From the human T2T-CHM13v2.0 reference genome, Homo sapiens: 64,000 bases of DNA. The translations under genes were made by a program, and so were the position numbers. The DNA lies in the NCBI RefSeq assembly GCF_009914755.1, contig NC_060947.1, one strand, 5' to 3'. Positions 25,391 to 38,302 of the stretch are shown piece by piece (within the stretch, counting starts at the first letter, position 1; each line of letters begins with the position of its first letter). The notes under the pieces were generated by a model, which was not told where the DNA came from, did not search any database, and worked only from the letters and a program-made list of their open reading frames with translations.

Positions 25391-27059
25391 AGATAAGTAG
25401 CAAATATATTATCCTGCCTTTATGGACAGAATTTTTGCATAGGCAGAATAGGCAAGGGAGTTAGCTTTATAAAGTTTGATGAGAATTGTGTCAATACAGA
25501 GCTCCTTTGCTAAATATATGTGACTTGCATAATGAAATACTAAAATCCTCTACTAACTTCTTTTAGATATCATACTCTACAGATGTCCCTCATTTTAAAA
25601 TTCAGATGTTCTCTGGAGGTCTAACATATTCAGTTCCTTAAAAAGAAATATTATTTTTCTTTATTAACCAGACGTGCTGCTCCTTTGCCTGTGAAGTCCT
25701 GAGTACTGAAAGAGGTTCAAGTAATACGGAAAAAATGATGTTATTTTAAAAGGCAAACTTCCTCTTCTGTCTACTTTTCCATTTTGTCATGGGCCATCTA
25801 TGACATCACTTATAAAGGAAATACAAGAAGTAATATTTCTGCACTTTGAGTTTTAGTGAGTAAATCAAAAATTGTACACATTCAAATCCTATACAGTACA
25901 AGCATTTATTAGTGTTATACTCCTATATTCTTGTTTCTGCTTGTGCCTGGGTGCAGGAGAAATTGCAAAACATTGGGAGTGATGTCTTATTTATGTACTA
26001 TCCTCTGGAGCATCATCATTGTCTGCTAGAATGACTTATCACAATTGGTCTGTGGTGCCACCCTCTGTCCCTACCTTAACTACTTTGTTGCAACTGAGCT
26101 TGTCCTAAATTTTGGACATATGCTAACTTTGACTGCTGACATTTCTGGAATGTGCAGTGGCCTGTATTCATAAGAATCACAGACTTTGAACCTTCTTTGT
26201 CATAAGCCCGGGCCTATTTTGGCCATCAGTTCTCTCAACACTCTTACACCTTCCCATTAGGTAGGGCATGCAGAAATTTCTGGTTCTACTCCATGGCCCA
26301 TTGGGACAATGTGAAACAGAGAAATAAATCATCTTAGATACTCTATTTACCAGAACATAAAATATATTCAACTGTACTCCATTGAACTATCTCATGTTGG
26401 CATGTAACATACTGTAATGATGTCTTCCTCCAGAGTTGCAAATAACAAGTGATACAGAAACACATTTTGTTTGTTTGTTTTCTTCACTTACACTCTCAAT
26501 CTTATAATTCTATCTATCCATATGCCCAGTGCCCAGGGGGCCTAATACTGCCTCCTTTAAATATTTCCGTCATCATCTCATGTCCACGTAGTATTCTTTT
26601 TGCCTCCCTTCATTGTGGACACTGCCCTTGAATGATACCTTGTGTTTTCAAATATATAAGAGAGAAGAGAGAGTACAGTAGGGGCTGAAAATAGAGAGTT
26701 CTGAAGTAATACCTTTTAACTTGCTATTAGGACTCTTAACTTTACATTGTGTGGAATAAAAAGCATTGGAAAGTTTTGAGCAGTGGAGAGGTATGACAAA
26801 ACATTTTAGAAGAATCAGTATGGCTGCCACACTGAGAATAGATCATAGCGTGGTGGTGGCCAAAACAGAGACTAATTAGAGGCTATTGCCATAACACAGG
26901 TGACAGATACTGGCTTGGAGCAAAGCTGTAGCAGCTGAAGGGGTGAAAAGTGTCGAGTTTTATATGATTTTTTTTCATGGAAAAGATGACAGTGTTTTCT
27001 TGTGGGCTGGAAGTAGGGCTTAAGAGAAAGGCTTTAAGAATAATTAAAAAGAGACTGCT

Positions 27060-27644
27060 GACTGCTTGCCATTTTCTTTCTTAATAACAAATTATCCTTA
27101 TTATTGGAGGTGGGAATATTTTCAAGTTATAAAAGAAGGAAGAGAAGGAGGAGGGGAAGAAGGAAGAGGAGAAAGAGAATTCATTTCTCAGCTTCTCTTT
27201 CAAATGAAAGTAGCCAAGAAAATGCAACGATAAAATTGCCTGGTGGAGCTTTTGGGAATGCACTTTAAAATGAGTTGCTTAGCTAGAATGTTTACTTTAT
27301 TGTACTCATCTTTTCTTTTTAAAAATTTTTTTGTTTTTAAAATTTTGTGTAGGTACATAGTAGAGGTCCATCTTCATGGTGTACATGAGATACTCTGATA
27401 CAGGCATGCAACGTGAAATATGCACATTATATAGCATGTACTCATCTTTTGTTCCTTTCTGCTATCTGGAATATGGACTAAAATACCAAGATGTTTGCAA
27501 ATGATGCATTTTAAGCCCTAAACTGGTAACAGTGGTTGTCTATATCTAAAATATTTGTCAAATAGGAAAAAATCATTCTTATGTTTAAACCACTGTAATC
27601 AGGTCTCCATTACTTGTATTTTAGCTTAAATTCTAAGTAAAACA
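27060..27644 (+). mobile_element. MLT1 (J/K-like) LTR remnant
   Basis: 3' end TTATGTTTAAACCACTGT...TTACTTG...TTCTAAGTAAAACA; 5' boundary uncertain. Confidence 0.5.
27315..27436 (-). mobile_element. Ultra-truncated L1MA 3' end with 14-bp TSD
   Basis: TSD TGTACTCATCTTTT at 27301-27314 and 27437-27450; insert GGTACATAGTAG...GTACATGAGATACTCTGATACAGGCATGCAA. Confidence 0.9.
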
Positions 27645-29974
27645 AATGAATTCAAGATTTTTGTTCTTAGCAGATCTAATGATGGCACTGCCATTTACTG
27701 AGAAGGAGAAAGCAGTTGGGAGGAGCAGATTTTGAGGGAAAACCAGGAGCTCAGTTTTGCATGCGTTAAGTTTTTGATGCCCATTAGATATCTATGTACA
27801 AATTTTTAGTAGGTATCTGGCCATATGAGTCTGGAGATCATGGAGTCTTAGAAATAATTATGTGAAATGCCTGATACCTGTGAGCGATGTCTAAAGCCAG
27901 TACAAACTTTATAATTTCCCAAATGCTATTGATATATTTAAAACAGAGTTTATTTCAAATCATCGTCTTTATTTTTTTGTATAATCAGAAAAATATTAGT
28001 TCATAATTAATGTATAAAAATGGGTAAATATCCTTTCTGCTTTGTTTTCTCTTACCACAATGGCATCACAATGAAGATTTACTAAATTAAATAAAGTTGA
28101 TTTCAGCTAACATCTTCAAATCTTTGTAATATCCTGGATGCCAATGTATTTAAGTCAACTTGGACAAAACTATATTCAGTATAATAAATAAAATACTAAT
28201 AAGATCACTAATTCTATTATGTAATTACAATTTATTTGTGACAATGTTCATTAGTACCAAAATAGTTATATATGTAAACACACACACACACGTATGTATA
28301 TACATATTTGTTTTTGTATTTAAAAATATGTGAGCAACAAAGAACAAAAATATTAATAGTTCTATCAAAACACTAAGAGAAAATATTTCTATATTCATGA
28401 CCATTGATTAACATGACTAGCTAATCCATACATGCTTGAGATTTAGGAATATATCAAAAAAACAAATAGTAATAAATATGAAAATTATTACCCATTGAAG
28501 CCATCCAACCTAAGCAGCAATCTTAGTACTGGCTGATCCTGCATTGTTACAGAAGTATGGGTGATTATATTTCCAAAGATTCTTTTCCTATAAAAACCTT
28601 GTTCTGCACAAGCAGAATATCAAAATTTCTATTCACATTTTACCACTATAGTTGTATTTTTTTTACTCACACTGTAGTTACTTAGAGGAAAATTAGTACC
28701 ATAAACTTATACTTTTATTATCTTATGGCATTCTCCTCATTTTTGATCCTGCATTTATGAGCTTACATTCAGCCAGGAACTTATTATTATCCATTTATAA
28801 GCAGCCAATAAAATAGTAAATTATACATTTGAAAGCCGGGCTTACTGAGATTTTAAAAGTTCACTGCATTTATTTTCTTTTCTGTAGTAGAAATGTGCTA
28901 CAACCACTCAAGGTCTGCAAACAGATTCCTATTTAGATGTTGTTGAGAGGTAAGTACAACTAGTTCTCATTAATATTTCATGTCTTATGTGCCATACTTA
29001 CACTGCCATTTTGTAGTCATTTGTCCTACAGCTAAAGATTAATTTATAATCAGATACGTGAAATCTGATATGTGCATTAAGCTTGATTATACCTGACTGT
29101 GTCTTCACGAAGATAATTGTAAGTGACATATTAATTAATTTGCAAGTGTGTTCGGTTTACATTACATATAGTATCACAGACAACATTACACATATGATAA
29201 TTTGCCATTAGTCCTAAATATTAATAATATGATTTCTCAATGAGTCTGAAACATTTTCAAGATACTAGAAATTTGTGACAGATGCCTTTTACATCTATGA
29301 GAATCCAGAATATTATTCTTTAAAATGCATTTTCTCATAAATAGCTCATTAACTTTCTCATTGTTCTCAGTTGTAAATCTGTAAAAAGCAATTTTGTTCC
29401 CTTGTCTGTAATAAGAAATCTTTTGCACTCATTAAGATAATTAAAGCATTACTAGTGTGCATGCTCACTATATTCAAAACATTTTCTACTTGATATGAGT
29501 TGTCATGGCATTATCAAGACCGGAGGGGGCGGAAAGAAAAAAATAAAATAGCGTCAGCCTATGGTTATGCTCTTTGAATTTGAATATGATTAAGTGCATC
29601 TTTAATTTGTTTCTGAGTCGTAGTTTAAAATAAAAACTGGAGAGCATTTTGTAGGAGCAATACTGCCCTTTTGTTCAATTTCCTTCTTTTAATTCAACAG
29701 AACACTTAATAAAATCATACATTTTAGAAAGTTTTGGAAATTTTTTTGGTCTTTTTATTACAGTTAGGTAGGGGTTTTATTTCCTCATGTGTTTGCTTTA
29801 TTTTGCTTGGGTAAAGAAATGTTTTCAAATTTAGTTTATGTCTTTACATTATACATGTAGTCCAGGATGTTAGCTGGTAACAAAATTGTCAAAGCAAAAT
29901 AGGTGTTTATGCTATGGGTTCCTTGATCTCCTACTCTTAGGCTTTTTGAGACACATTCACTTTTACCATTTTGA

Positions 29975-30475
29975 TCTTTTAAATTTTTTTTATTTTTAAT
30001 TTTTGTGGGCACATAGTAGGGCATATATTTACGAGGCACGTGAGTGATTTTGATACTGGCATACAATGCATTATAATCACATCAGGTTAAATGGAGTATC
30101 CATCACCTCAAGCATTTATCATTTCTTTGTATTACAATCTAATTCTACACTTCTAGTTATTTTTCAATGTATAATAAATTAGCATTGACTATAGTCACCC
30201 TGATGTGCTATGACATGCTAGATCTTATTCATTCTATCCAACTATTTTTTGCACCCATTAACCATAGTCACTCTGCCCCAATCTTCCCACTACCCTTCCC
30301 AGTCTCTGGTACCCATCCTTCTACTCTTTATCTCTATGAGTTTAAAGGTTTTAATTTTTAGCTCCCACAGATAAATGAGAACATGCAAAGTTTTTCTTGC
30401 TGACCTGGCTTATTCACTTAACCTAATGACCTCCAGTTCCATCTATGTTGCAAATGACAGGATATCATTCTTCAC
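29975..30475 (-). mobile_element. L1MA 3' UTR
   Basis: TTTTTGTGGGCACATAGTAGG...GTATCCATCACCTCAAGCATTTATC...TTTTAGCTCCCACAGATAAATGAGAACATG. Confidence 0.9.
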
Positions 30476-30907
30476 ATTTCATTCACAAATGGTATGACAA
30501 GCTGTAGTAGACAGAAATTATTTTTTGGTTTAATCTCACATGCCCATTTTATCTTTATGGGGAACTAAACTATTTTTCTGGGAACTACTCCTTTCCCCAC
30601 CTTAATCCCTATAGGTGTTTTGTTTTGTTTTGCTACAACTCTTATTATGTTATCTTACTTATTTTATGCCTGTTGCTCCATCCAGGTGTGGGCAGTTTAT
30701 CTTATTGAGCGAATCATTTCTTCAATGAACACTTTATTAATTATACAGAAAAGTATGAGTGATTCCAACTTAAGAAGTTTTAAATTGTGGTGATGTCAGC
30801 TCTATTAATAGGCTAATAAAAACTTTTAAGATTAGGCCTGGTCATGGGAATACGTTTTCAGGAATCGTTTCATGAAAAAACACACAAAAATGTTTTACTT
30901 ATGGTTC

Positions 30908-31542
30908 TGTATTCGTCAAAATTCTCCAGAGACACAGAATCAAAAGATAAATAGATATAAAGATAGATAGGTGATAGATGGATAGATAGATAGATAGATA
31001 GATAGATGGATGATAGATAGATAGATAGGAAAATAAATATATGTGAGGGGTTTATTAGGGGAATTGGCTCAAATTATTATGGAAGCTGAGATGTCCCACA
31101 CTAGATCATCTGTAAGCTGAAGAACCAGAGAAACTACTAGCATGCTCAGTCCAATTTGGAAGGTCTAAGAACCGAGAAAGCCAACGATGGAAGTCTCAAT
31201 CTGAGTCCAATGGCAGGAGAGCCCCAGTAGACTGCAAGTGCAATTCCCAGAGTCAAATGGCAGAACAACCTAGAGTTTTGATGCTCAAGGGCAGCAGAAG
31301 GGTGTGCTACTCCAAAAGAGAGAAAGATATAATTGACCCTTCTACCCTTTTTTGTTTAATAAGAGCCCTTAGCCAATTGGATGGTGTTTGCCCATGTTGA
31401 GGGTGGAATTTCCCCACTTAGTTGACTGGCTCACATACCAGTTCTTCTCCAAAAACACCCTTACAGACAAATCCAGAAACAATGTTTTATTAGTCATCTA
31501 GGCATCCTTCAATCCAGTCAACAACTAAAATTAACTATCACA
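30908..31542 (-). mobile_element. MLT2 (B/C/D) solo LTR with internal (GATA)n
   Basis: TGTATTCGTCAAAATTCTCCAGAGACACAGAATC...GAATTGGCTC...AAAATTAACTATCACA; GATA array ~30950-31028. Confidence 0.9.
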
Positions 31543-31759
31543 GGTGTCCACTGGTTTTTCTCTTCTATTTTCAATGACTCTTGATTGTGAGTTACAGAAA
31601 ATGAAATTAAGCACAAATCAAAGTGTACTGGAAGAATCCCAGGGACCTTATAAAATAATAAAAATATGGAAGGAGAAAAAAAACAAAGGATGGCCAGTGA
31701 TTTGATTATCACCAGAGTTTTTTTATCCCTTGTCTTTATTTCTTTCTAAATGTCCAATG

Positions 31760-31985
31760 TTTTATTTTGTTTTGTATTTTAAATTGTGTTTATTTTTAAT
31801 TTTTGTGAATACATGGTAGGTATATATATTTATGGGTCACATGGGATATTTTGATACAGGCATGCAAAAATGCATAATAATCACAGGGTAAATGGGGTTT
31901 CCTTCGACTCAAGCATTTATCCTTTGTGCTACAAACAATGCAATTATATTAGGGAGCTAAACATTAAAATAATTGGACTCATGTT
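31760..31985 (-). mobile_element. Short L1MA 3' fragment with small inverted piece
   Basis: Antisense TTTTGTGAATACATGGTAGG...CTCAAGCATTTATCC, then sense GGGAGCTAAACATTAAAATAATTGGACTCATG. Confidence 0.8.
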
Positions 31986-32170
31986 CAGTATTTTTGTCTC
32001 TCTCCCCTCAGAATGACTGTCTATCTTGAGAAAAAAAAAAAAAAAAAACATGCTTAAACCGTATACCATATCTTGTTTTTGTAGGCATCCAGAGAGATAG
32101 GCTCTTAAAGATACACAAACCCTACTTTTAAAATATTAGAGAAGAATTGAAGGAAAGATTGACCACCTGC

Positions 32171-32580
32171 TGTAGGGGAGAAAAAAGTGATATGTTTTCC
32201 TCTCCCATCACAAGGGTGTTCATAGCCAACACCCCTATAACAAAAGACAGATTAACAAGAGAAAATCATCATTTATTTATTTAACCAAAGTTTTATGTGA
32301 CATGAGAGCCTTCATAAATCAATGCAAACCAAAAAACCTAGAGAAAATGGTGTATTTTTATGCTGAGTATGAAGAAAAAAGTCGATAGTTGTGAAAAAAC
32401 ATGATTAGGAAAAAAAGAGTATAATCTAATGACATTATATAAACTGAGATAAACTTCAGCAAGGACTGTTTGTTCAGATTATTTCCTGCATCTCTGTATG
32501 ATATTTCTTCCCCTAGAGTATGGAGCAGGACCCCTGTTCCATGAGGATCATTAGGGGAGAAGCGAGATCAGAGAGTCACA
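32171..32580 (-). mobile_element. ERV1 MER4-group LTR fragment (MER31-like)
   Basis: TGTAGGGGAGAAAAAAG...CCCCTATAACAAAAGACAGATTAACAAGAGAAAA...TTTTATGTGACATGAGAGCCTTC. Confidence 0.65.
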
Positions 32581-32776
32581 ACCAAGGTGTCATTTTTTCA
32601 ATGTAGTACTTTCTAAGCCTTGACACAGTCATGAGTGTGATCTTTCAGAATTATGTGGCAAATCAAGCAATTGGCAAGCTTTTAATGAAAACTAAAGGAG
32701 CTTTGAGGATATAAAAAAGATATAGATAAAAACAAGTTATAGAATTTATCAAAAATGATTTCAGAGGAAAATATGA

Positions 32777-33137
32777 TAGTGGTCCTGCTTATCTGTGGGG
32801 GATAGGTTCCAAAATACCTAGTGGATGCCTGAAACTACTGTTAATACTGAACCCTATATGTAGTATGTTTTTTCCTGTGCACACATCTATGATGATATTT
32901 AATTTATAAATTAGACGCAATAAGATATTAACACTAACTGATAAAATAGAAGTCATAATAATATAATATACTGTAATTAAAGTTATGTGAATGTAGTTCT
33001 CTCTCTCTCTTTCTCTCTCTCTCAAAATATCTTATTTATCTGAAAATATCTTATTGTATGTAATATGTTCACACTGCAGTTGATGGTGGGTAACTGAAAC
33101 CCCAGAAAGTGAAAACAAGGGTAATGGAAGACTACTG
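32777..33137. mobile_element. MER2-family (Tigger) DNA transposon relic
   Basis: TATCTGTGGGGGATAGGTTCC...GTGGATGCCTGAAAC...GGGTAACTGAAAC...GACTACTG followed by TA. Confidence 0.88.
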
Positions 33138-33733
33138 TACCTTAGAGATAGATTAGTGTTAAATATGTGCCAACATAGAAAATTGTCTCATTTACACAAA
33201 TTCAATATAGTATTTTCTCTTAAAGCAAAAGGAGCTAATAATATTTTCTGTAGTGACTACTGCTTCTTAATAGTGTAGCTTCTTTTTTTTGATAACCATT
33301 TTTCTTAGAGCTATCTGAAGACACTATTCAAGTAGTGTAACAAAGCAAAAAGCAAATGTGTATGCTCTGTTAAAAGACAATGAAAGTTATACAGAAGAGC
33401 TCCTTTTATAACAAATAATTTTGCATAACATAACTACTCTTAAAGCAATACTAATCATACAAAACTTCTATTATTGATTTATAAGCATGACAAATAGCCA
33501 TTATACTTTTTGATGTTTTTGCTATCTTCTTTTGGATTTTATTTTCTGTTCATGTTTTGTAAGGTATGTTTTCTGTCATTTTAATTACTTTTAACAAAAT
33601 CACATCCGGGTGCACTTTTTATTAAATAAGCATTTAGTTCTGGTCTCTGCCTCAAAGAGCCGAAGTTGAGTTGTAATATTTGCTTTAATGTTCAAGTTTT
33701 TACCTTGTAGGATAGTGATGAGTTCTGGGTTTG

Positions 33734-33826
33734 TGTAGTAGACGGAATAATGCTCTCAAAAGATGCCCACAATCTAATCCCCAAAACCTGTGAATATGTC
33801 ACCTAGCATGGCAAAAGAGACTTTTG
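33734..33826 (+). mobile_element. MLT1D-like 5' LTR fragment
   Basis: TGTAGTAGACGGAATAATGCTCTCAAAAGATGCCCACAATCTAATCCCCAAAACCTGTGAATATG. Confidence 0.75.
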
Positions 33827-34200
33827 TACATTATATGTTATTTTCATGTCTTTAAGTGTAATTAGCTAAAATATTGTTTAGTTTTCCACTGTTTGTCTTT
33901 ACCAATGATCAGTTTAACAGTTTTTCTATTATGGAGATTTAGATTGACATCAACATTTGCTATTAATGATTTATTATTTCTTCCTTTCTGAAAGTTGAAT
34001 TTCTGGAACAAGAGATATAGATTAAGACTGTTGTTACATGTTGCCTACATGACTTTCAAAAGCTTGATTCCCAGTGGCATTCTCAACAGCAGTCATAAAC
34101 AATGGTAATTCAATGTATATTTATATTCAACTGATATATTAATTGGAATATATTAAAAATACATATATTTATATTCAGAATATTTATATGGAAAATATGA

Positions 34201-34206
<6 letters not shown>

Positions 34207-34246
<40 letters not shown>
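34207..34246. repeat. (TG)n microsatellite
   Basis: Perfect TG run of about 19 units. Confidence 0.96.
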
Positions 34247-34249
<3 letters not shown>

Positions 34250-34270
34250 ATTATTTCCCTAACACTAGAT

Positions 34271-34483
34271 CAGGGCTTTTTAACTATGGTGATTTTACAC
34301 ACCCCTGTTCTCCAGAAGACGTGTTATTTATGGAGACATATTCAATGGTCAAAACTGCGTGGATGATGTTAGTAGGCAGATGCCATGGATGCTGTGAAAG
34401 GTCCTACAATGCATAGGTCAGCCCCCCACCACAAATAATTATCTAACTCAAAATGCCAATAATCTCCAGATTTAGAAACCCTA
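34271..34483. mobile_element. MER20 (hAT-Charlie) MITE
   Basis: GGATGCTGTGAAAGGTCCTACAATGCATAGGTCAGCCCCCCACCACAAATAATTATCTAACTCAAAATGCCAATA...AGAAACCCT. Confidence 0.85.
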
Positions 34484-34959
34484 TTCTTCCTAATGAATAG
34501 TCATATTTTACCATCTTTAAAAATTGAGAGCCATGTGACAGAATTATTTTGGCATTCCCTTTCTCAGAAGAATGTTAAACATATTTTGCTCACTCTTTCT
34601 GAGTGATTTCACCACAGACACTACTTGCATCTGTTCCCACTTATTTTTTTCGCATCAAACCAAATATAGCAATTTCAAAAACTAGTTACTTTTTCTGAAT
34701 TAAATAAAATAAAAACATGATTTAAGCTGTGCCTTCAGATTTAAAATAACAGAATGCCTTTTCACATTGACCATAGTATATATGTACATAATACTTTCAA
34801 GTATCTTTAAAATTTTCAGAGGTTACTTTTCTGGTAGAAAGTTTTATCTTTATATATGGCTCTGTGTGTGTCTGTGTGTGTGTTTGTGTGTGGTATATGA
34901 TATACGTATGTGTGTGTGTTGATATGTATGTGACACATAAAATCATATGTAGCTTTTAA

Positions 34960-37900
34960 CCATTTAAAAGGATCATAAAACCTACAACCATTTAACAATC
35001 ATACTATTTTTTAAAAAATAGATGATTATTCATAGTCTTGAAACATTTCATTTGCTTTCATGAATCTCATTCCCTTCAACAACCCTGGAAAGAGCAACTT
35101 TCCTGGAATCAGCATATATAACATTCTTGATTTTCTTATTAGTTTACTCAACAATATCTGCAAGATACATTCATCCATATTCTTGATATATATGTAGGTT
35201 ATTTATTTTCACTGCTCTGCAGTTCTCTACCATATGAAAATAGCACAATTATATCGATGTATCCCCTGGCTAGTGGTTATTTTGGTTGCTTCTATTTTTT
35301 TGATGTTACAAATAATGATGCTATGAACATTATGTGCACATTTTCTATTGAACATGGGAGTATCTCTTCAGCAGCAATCTTCAAACTTTTTTCTTTAATA
35401 CAACTGAAAAAAACTATGTCCACTTCACATATGTTTGGGTTGGTGTCTAAATATTTTTATGTAAAAGAATTGCAAAAATATTTAATTTCTAGCATACTAT
35501 AAATGTGTCTTAAAAATGTGTTTTCCTCAAACCCTTAAAGCTATAGCTTTATCTCATACAATTTGGGAAAATGTCTACTATATACTCTAATTGGCAAAAC
35601 AGTTCCCACGCTGAGAATCAGCCAAAAATTACTTGCATTACCAATAAGAATAATTTCACTTTTGAACTCCAATAAAGCTTAAGATGCCCATTAAACATCT
35701 CATTTTTAAAGATTCCTAGGTAGATACAGTATGCAGATAAATAGATGATTGATAGAGTGATTGATTGAAACAGACAAAAATTTTTGATAGTAGTTTTGTA
35801 CTTAGGTGAAATAAAGGCAATATTTTTTACACATCTTTTTAGTTTGCTTTCACAATAAAAATCTTCCTCAGAAACTTTGTATGCTCATACTGTTTCCTTG
35901 TAGGATGCTCTACAGATTGGTACACTCTAATGTACTATTGTAATGTTCCAGATAGGAGAAATGGCTACCTTTATTTTGTTAAACTGGAGATTGGCAGCTA
36001 TGACTGAGGACTTGCAAAAGCGGAAACAGGGACTTCTCAGTGAGGTCAATATTTGGAGGAAATATGTATAGAAACTGAAGATCTGTCTGAGTTTACCCCT
36101 GAGGTACATTATAGCATACATCAGTTTGAATATTTATTCTTTAATGTACATATTTGGATATGGAGTTGTTTAAGCATCAGCTGTTTGGAAATTCTGCTTT
36201 GCCAAGATATTTCTAACTTGCTTTTTAGAACAGTTGTAACATTTTACATTTCCATAGCTCCCTTGGCTTCACATGATTGAGTAATACTTTAAATCAGATT
36301 GTATATGTATTACGCAGTGGTTTTAATTTCCTGATTAGTAATGAGATTGTAACTGAACTCAGGTTCAGTTGTTTGCCAATTGAAAGCCAAAACTTGAGAG
36401 GCAAGCGTTGGTGGAAGAGAAAAGCAGGTTTATTCAGGAGCTGACAATCCAAGGAGATGGTGGACTTGCATAGCAAAGACCATCTCAAGTTTCTCAGCCT
36501 GGACATAGGGGTTTTAAAGGGGAAAGGGCTTGGGAAACTATGTACAGGAGTTAGCTATGCATTTCAGAATGTCTTTTTCCAACGACTATCATGAGGAATG
36601 GGCATCAAGAGGTGTAGCTGGCATCATCCAACCTCTAATAAGATTGAAGATTAACTGCTCAGCATTTTTTTTCCATTAAGAACATTTCACAGCCTTGGTT
36701 TTATCTTGGGGTTAGTTCTTGGAATTCTTAAGCAAGCACACAGTTAGGTATTGTAAAAGAAAGAATAGTTATTTGTTTCCAAAATGGAATGACTGCGTCG
36801 GTTACAAGATGATCACTTTTATATGTTATTGCTATTCAGATTTTCTCTTCCATAAAATACTTGTTTGCATCTTTTGCCTGCAGTTTAATTGGGTGGTTTG
36901 ACATTTTGGTTTATATGAATTTCTTAATATGTTATGGACATTAATCCTACACTGGTTTTTTATGTTGCAAAGATCTGCTCTCAGAGTGAAAATTATTTTT
37001 ATGGCATCTTTTGATGATGAAAAGTCCACAATTCAAAATAGATTAATTTATCAATACTTACTAGTTTCTTTTACTTAAGTATGTTATTTCTCTTAAAAAT
37101 TATCTATATATCAGAAAAATACCTCCATTTATATTCCTGAAAAAATTATTTAAATTTGCCTTTCATATTTAAGTCTCTGATATACTGGAAATTAACTTTT
37201 GCATATGTCATGACGGATACACTATTTTGCTTGCTTTATAGTTTCTGGATAAATACTTATCTCAGGGCCACTGACTGACTAGTCTATACTTTTACCTCTA
37301 TACAATATCTGGTGTTCATATTTTTGCAGGTCTATTTCTTGACTCTCTAATGTGTTATTAGCTTTCAATCCTTGCACTCACACCATGCAGTGTTAATTGC
37401 AATTGTTTGATAGTAAATTTTAATCACTGCTATAGCAAATTTTCATATCTTATTTCTTCTGGGTTACACTTGGCTCTTTGGCCTTTGGTTCCTTGACTGT
37501 ACTTCCATTTAAAATTTCAGGATTGACTTCAGTTAAAAATAATCTGTAAGAATTGTTCAAATTTAAGCTTGTAATATCAGAAATATTTCACTTTTTGCAT
37601 TAAATGCATCTCATGATTATTGATATGTAATATTATTTTATTTTCTTCAATTCTAAAGATCACTTATTCCCCACTGGGATTTTTTATTTAGCATTAATTT
37701 ATGTAGAAAAGTATTTTTAAAATTCCAAGCTTATGATATTGTGAGTTATCTTTGTATTATTTAAAAATTAATAACATTGCAGTTAGAGATTATTATGTGT
37801 ATGAAATTAATATTGGAAAACCACTGAGAATTGCTCTACTTCCTATTATATTGTTGATTTTCATGAATGTTTCCTGTTTCTTGAAACTGTATATTCGTCA

Positions 37901-38060
37901 GTTCTTTGGTATAGTGTTCTATGTATACTCATTTGATCATTCTTACTATATGTTACCCAAATATTCTTAATCACAATTTTTACCTGTTTCACCCATCAAT
38001 TACTGAAAGATATGTTTTTAAATCCTCACTGATGTAGTAACTTTCAGCATATTTTGCACA
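34960..38060 (-). mobile_element. Fragmented old L1ME (3' UTR/ORF2), with insertions
   Basis: Patches such as TTTGGTTGCTTCTATTTTTTGATGTTACAAATAATGATGCTATGAACATT and CCATCAATTACTGAAAGA; discontinuous. Confidence 0.6.
36348..36806 (-). mobile_element. ERV1-type solo LTR (MER4 group, subfamily not identified)
   Basis: Termini TGTAAC...GTTACA; 4-bp TSD AGAT at 36344 and 36807; antisense polyA signal TTTATT near 36430. Confidence 0.85.
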
Positions 38061-38064
38061 TATA

Positions 38065-38302
38065 CAGATGCTCCTTGATTTATGATAGATTTATGCCCTG
38101 ATAAACTCATAATAACTCAAAAATTTTGGAAATCACAATGCATTTAATACCCCAGTAAACACATTGTTAGTAAAAAAAAAATAATAAGTTGAACTATCAT
38201 AAGTTCAGCTGTTCCTTGACTTACAATGAGGTCACACCCCAATAAACCCATCACAAAGGCAAAAAATCATAAGTTGAACCATAGTTAAGTAGAGGTCATC
38301 TG
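38065..38302. mobile_element. MER47/Tigger-family MITE
   Basis: TA-CAGATGCTCCTTGATTTATG...AGAGGTCATCTG-TA terminal inverted repeats with TA TSD; internal repeated CCCAATAAACCCATC-like units. Confidence 0.85.

Larger units (their letters stand above)
26650..27850 (-). mobile_element. L2 fragment (antisense), interrupted by MLT1 and L1MA
   Basis: GCATTGGAAAGTTTTGAGCAGTGGAGAG...GAGGCTATTGCCATAACACAGGTGACAG; resumes GGCACTGCCATTTACTGAGAAGG...GAGCTCAGTTTTGC. Confidence 0.8.

Noticed and set aside
32030-32048. PolyA run suggesting a processed pseudogene
   Set aside because: No upstream mRNA-like sequence, polyA signal or TSD was recognised.
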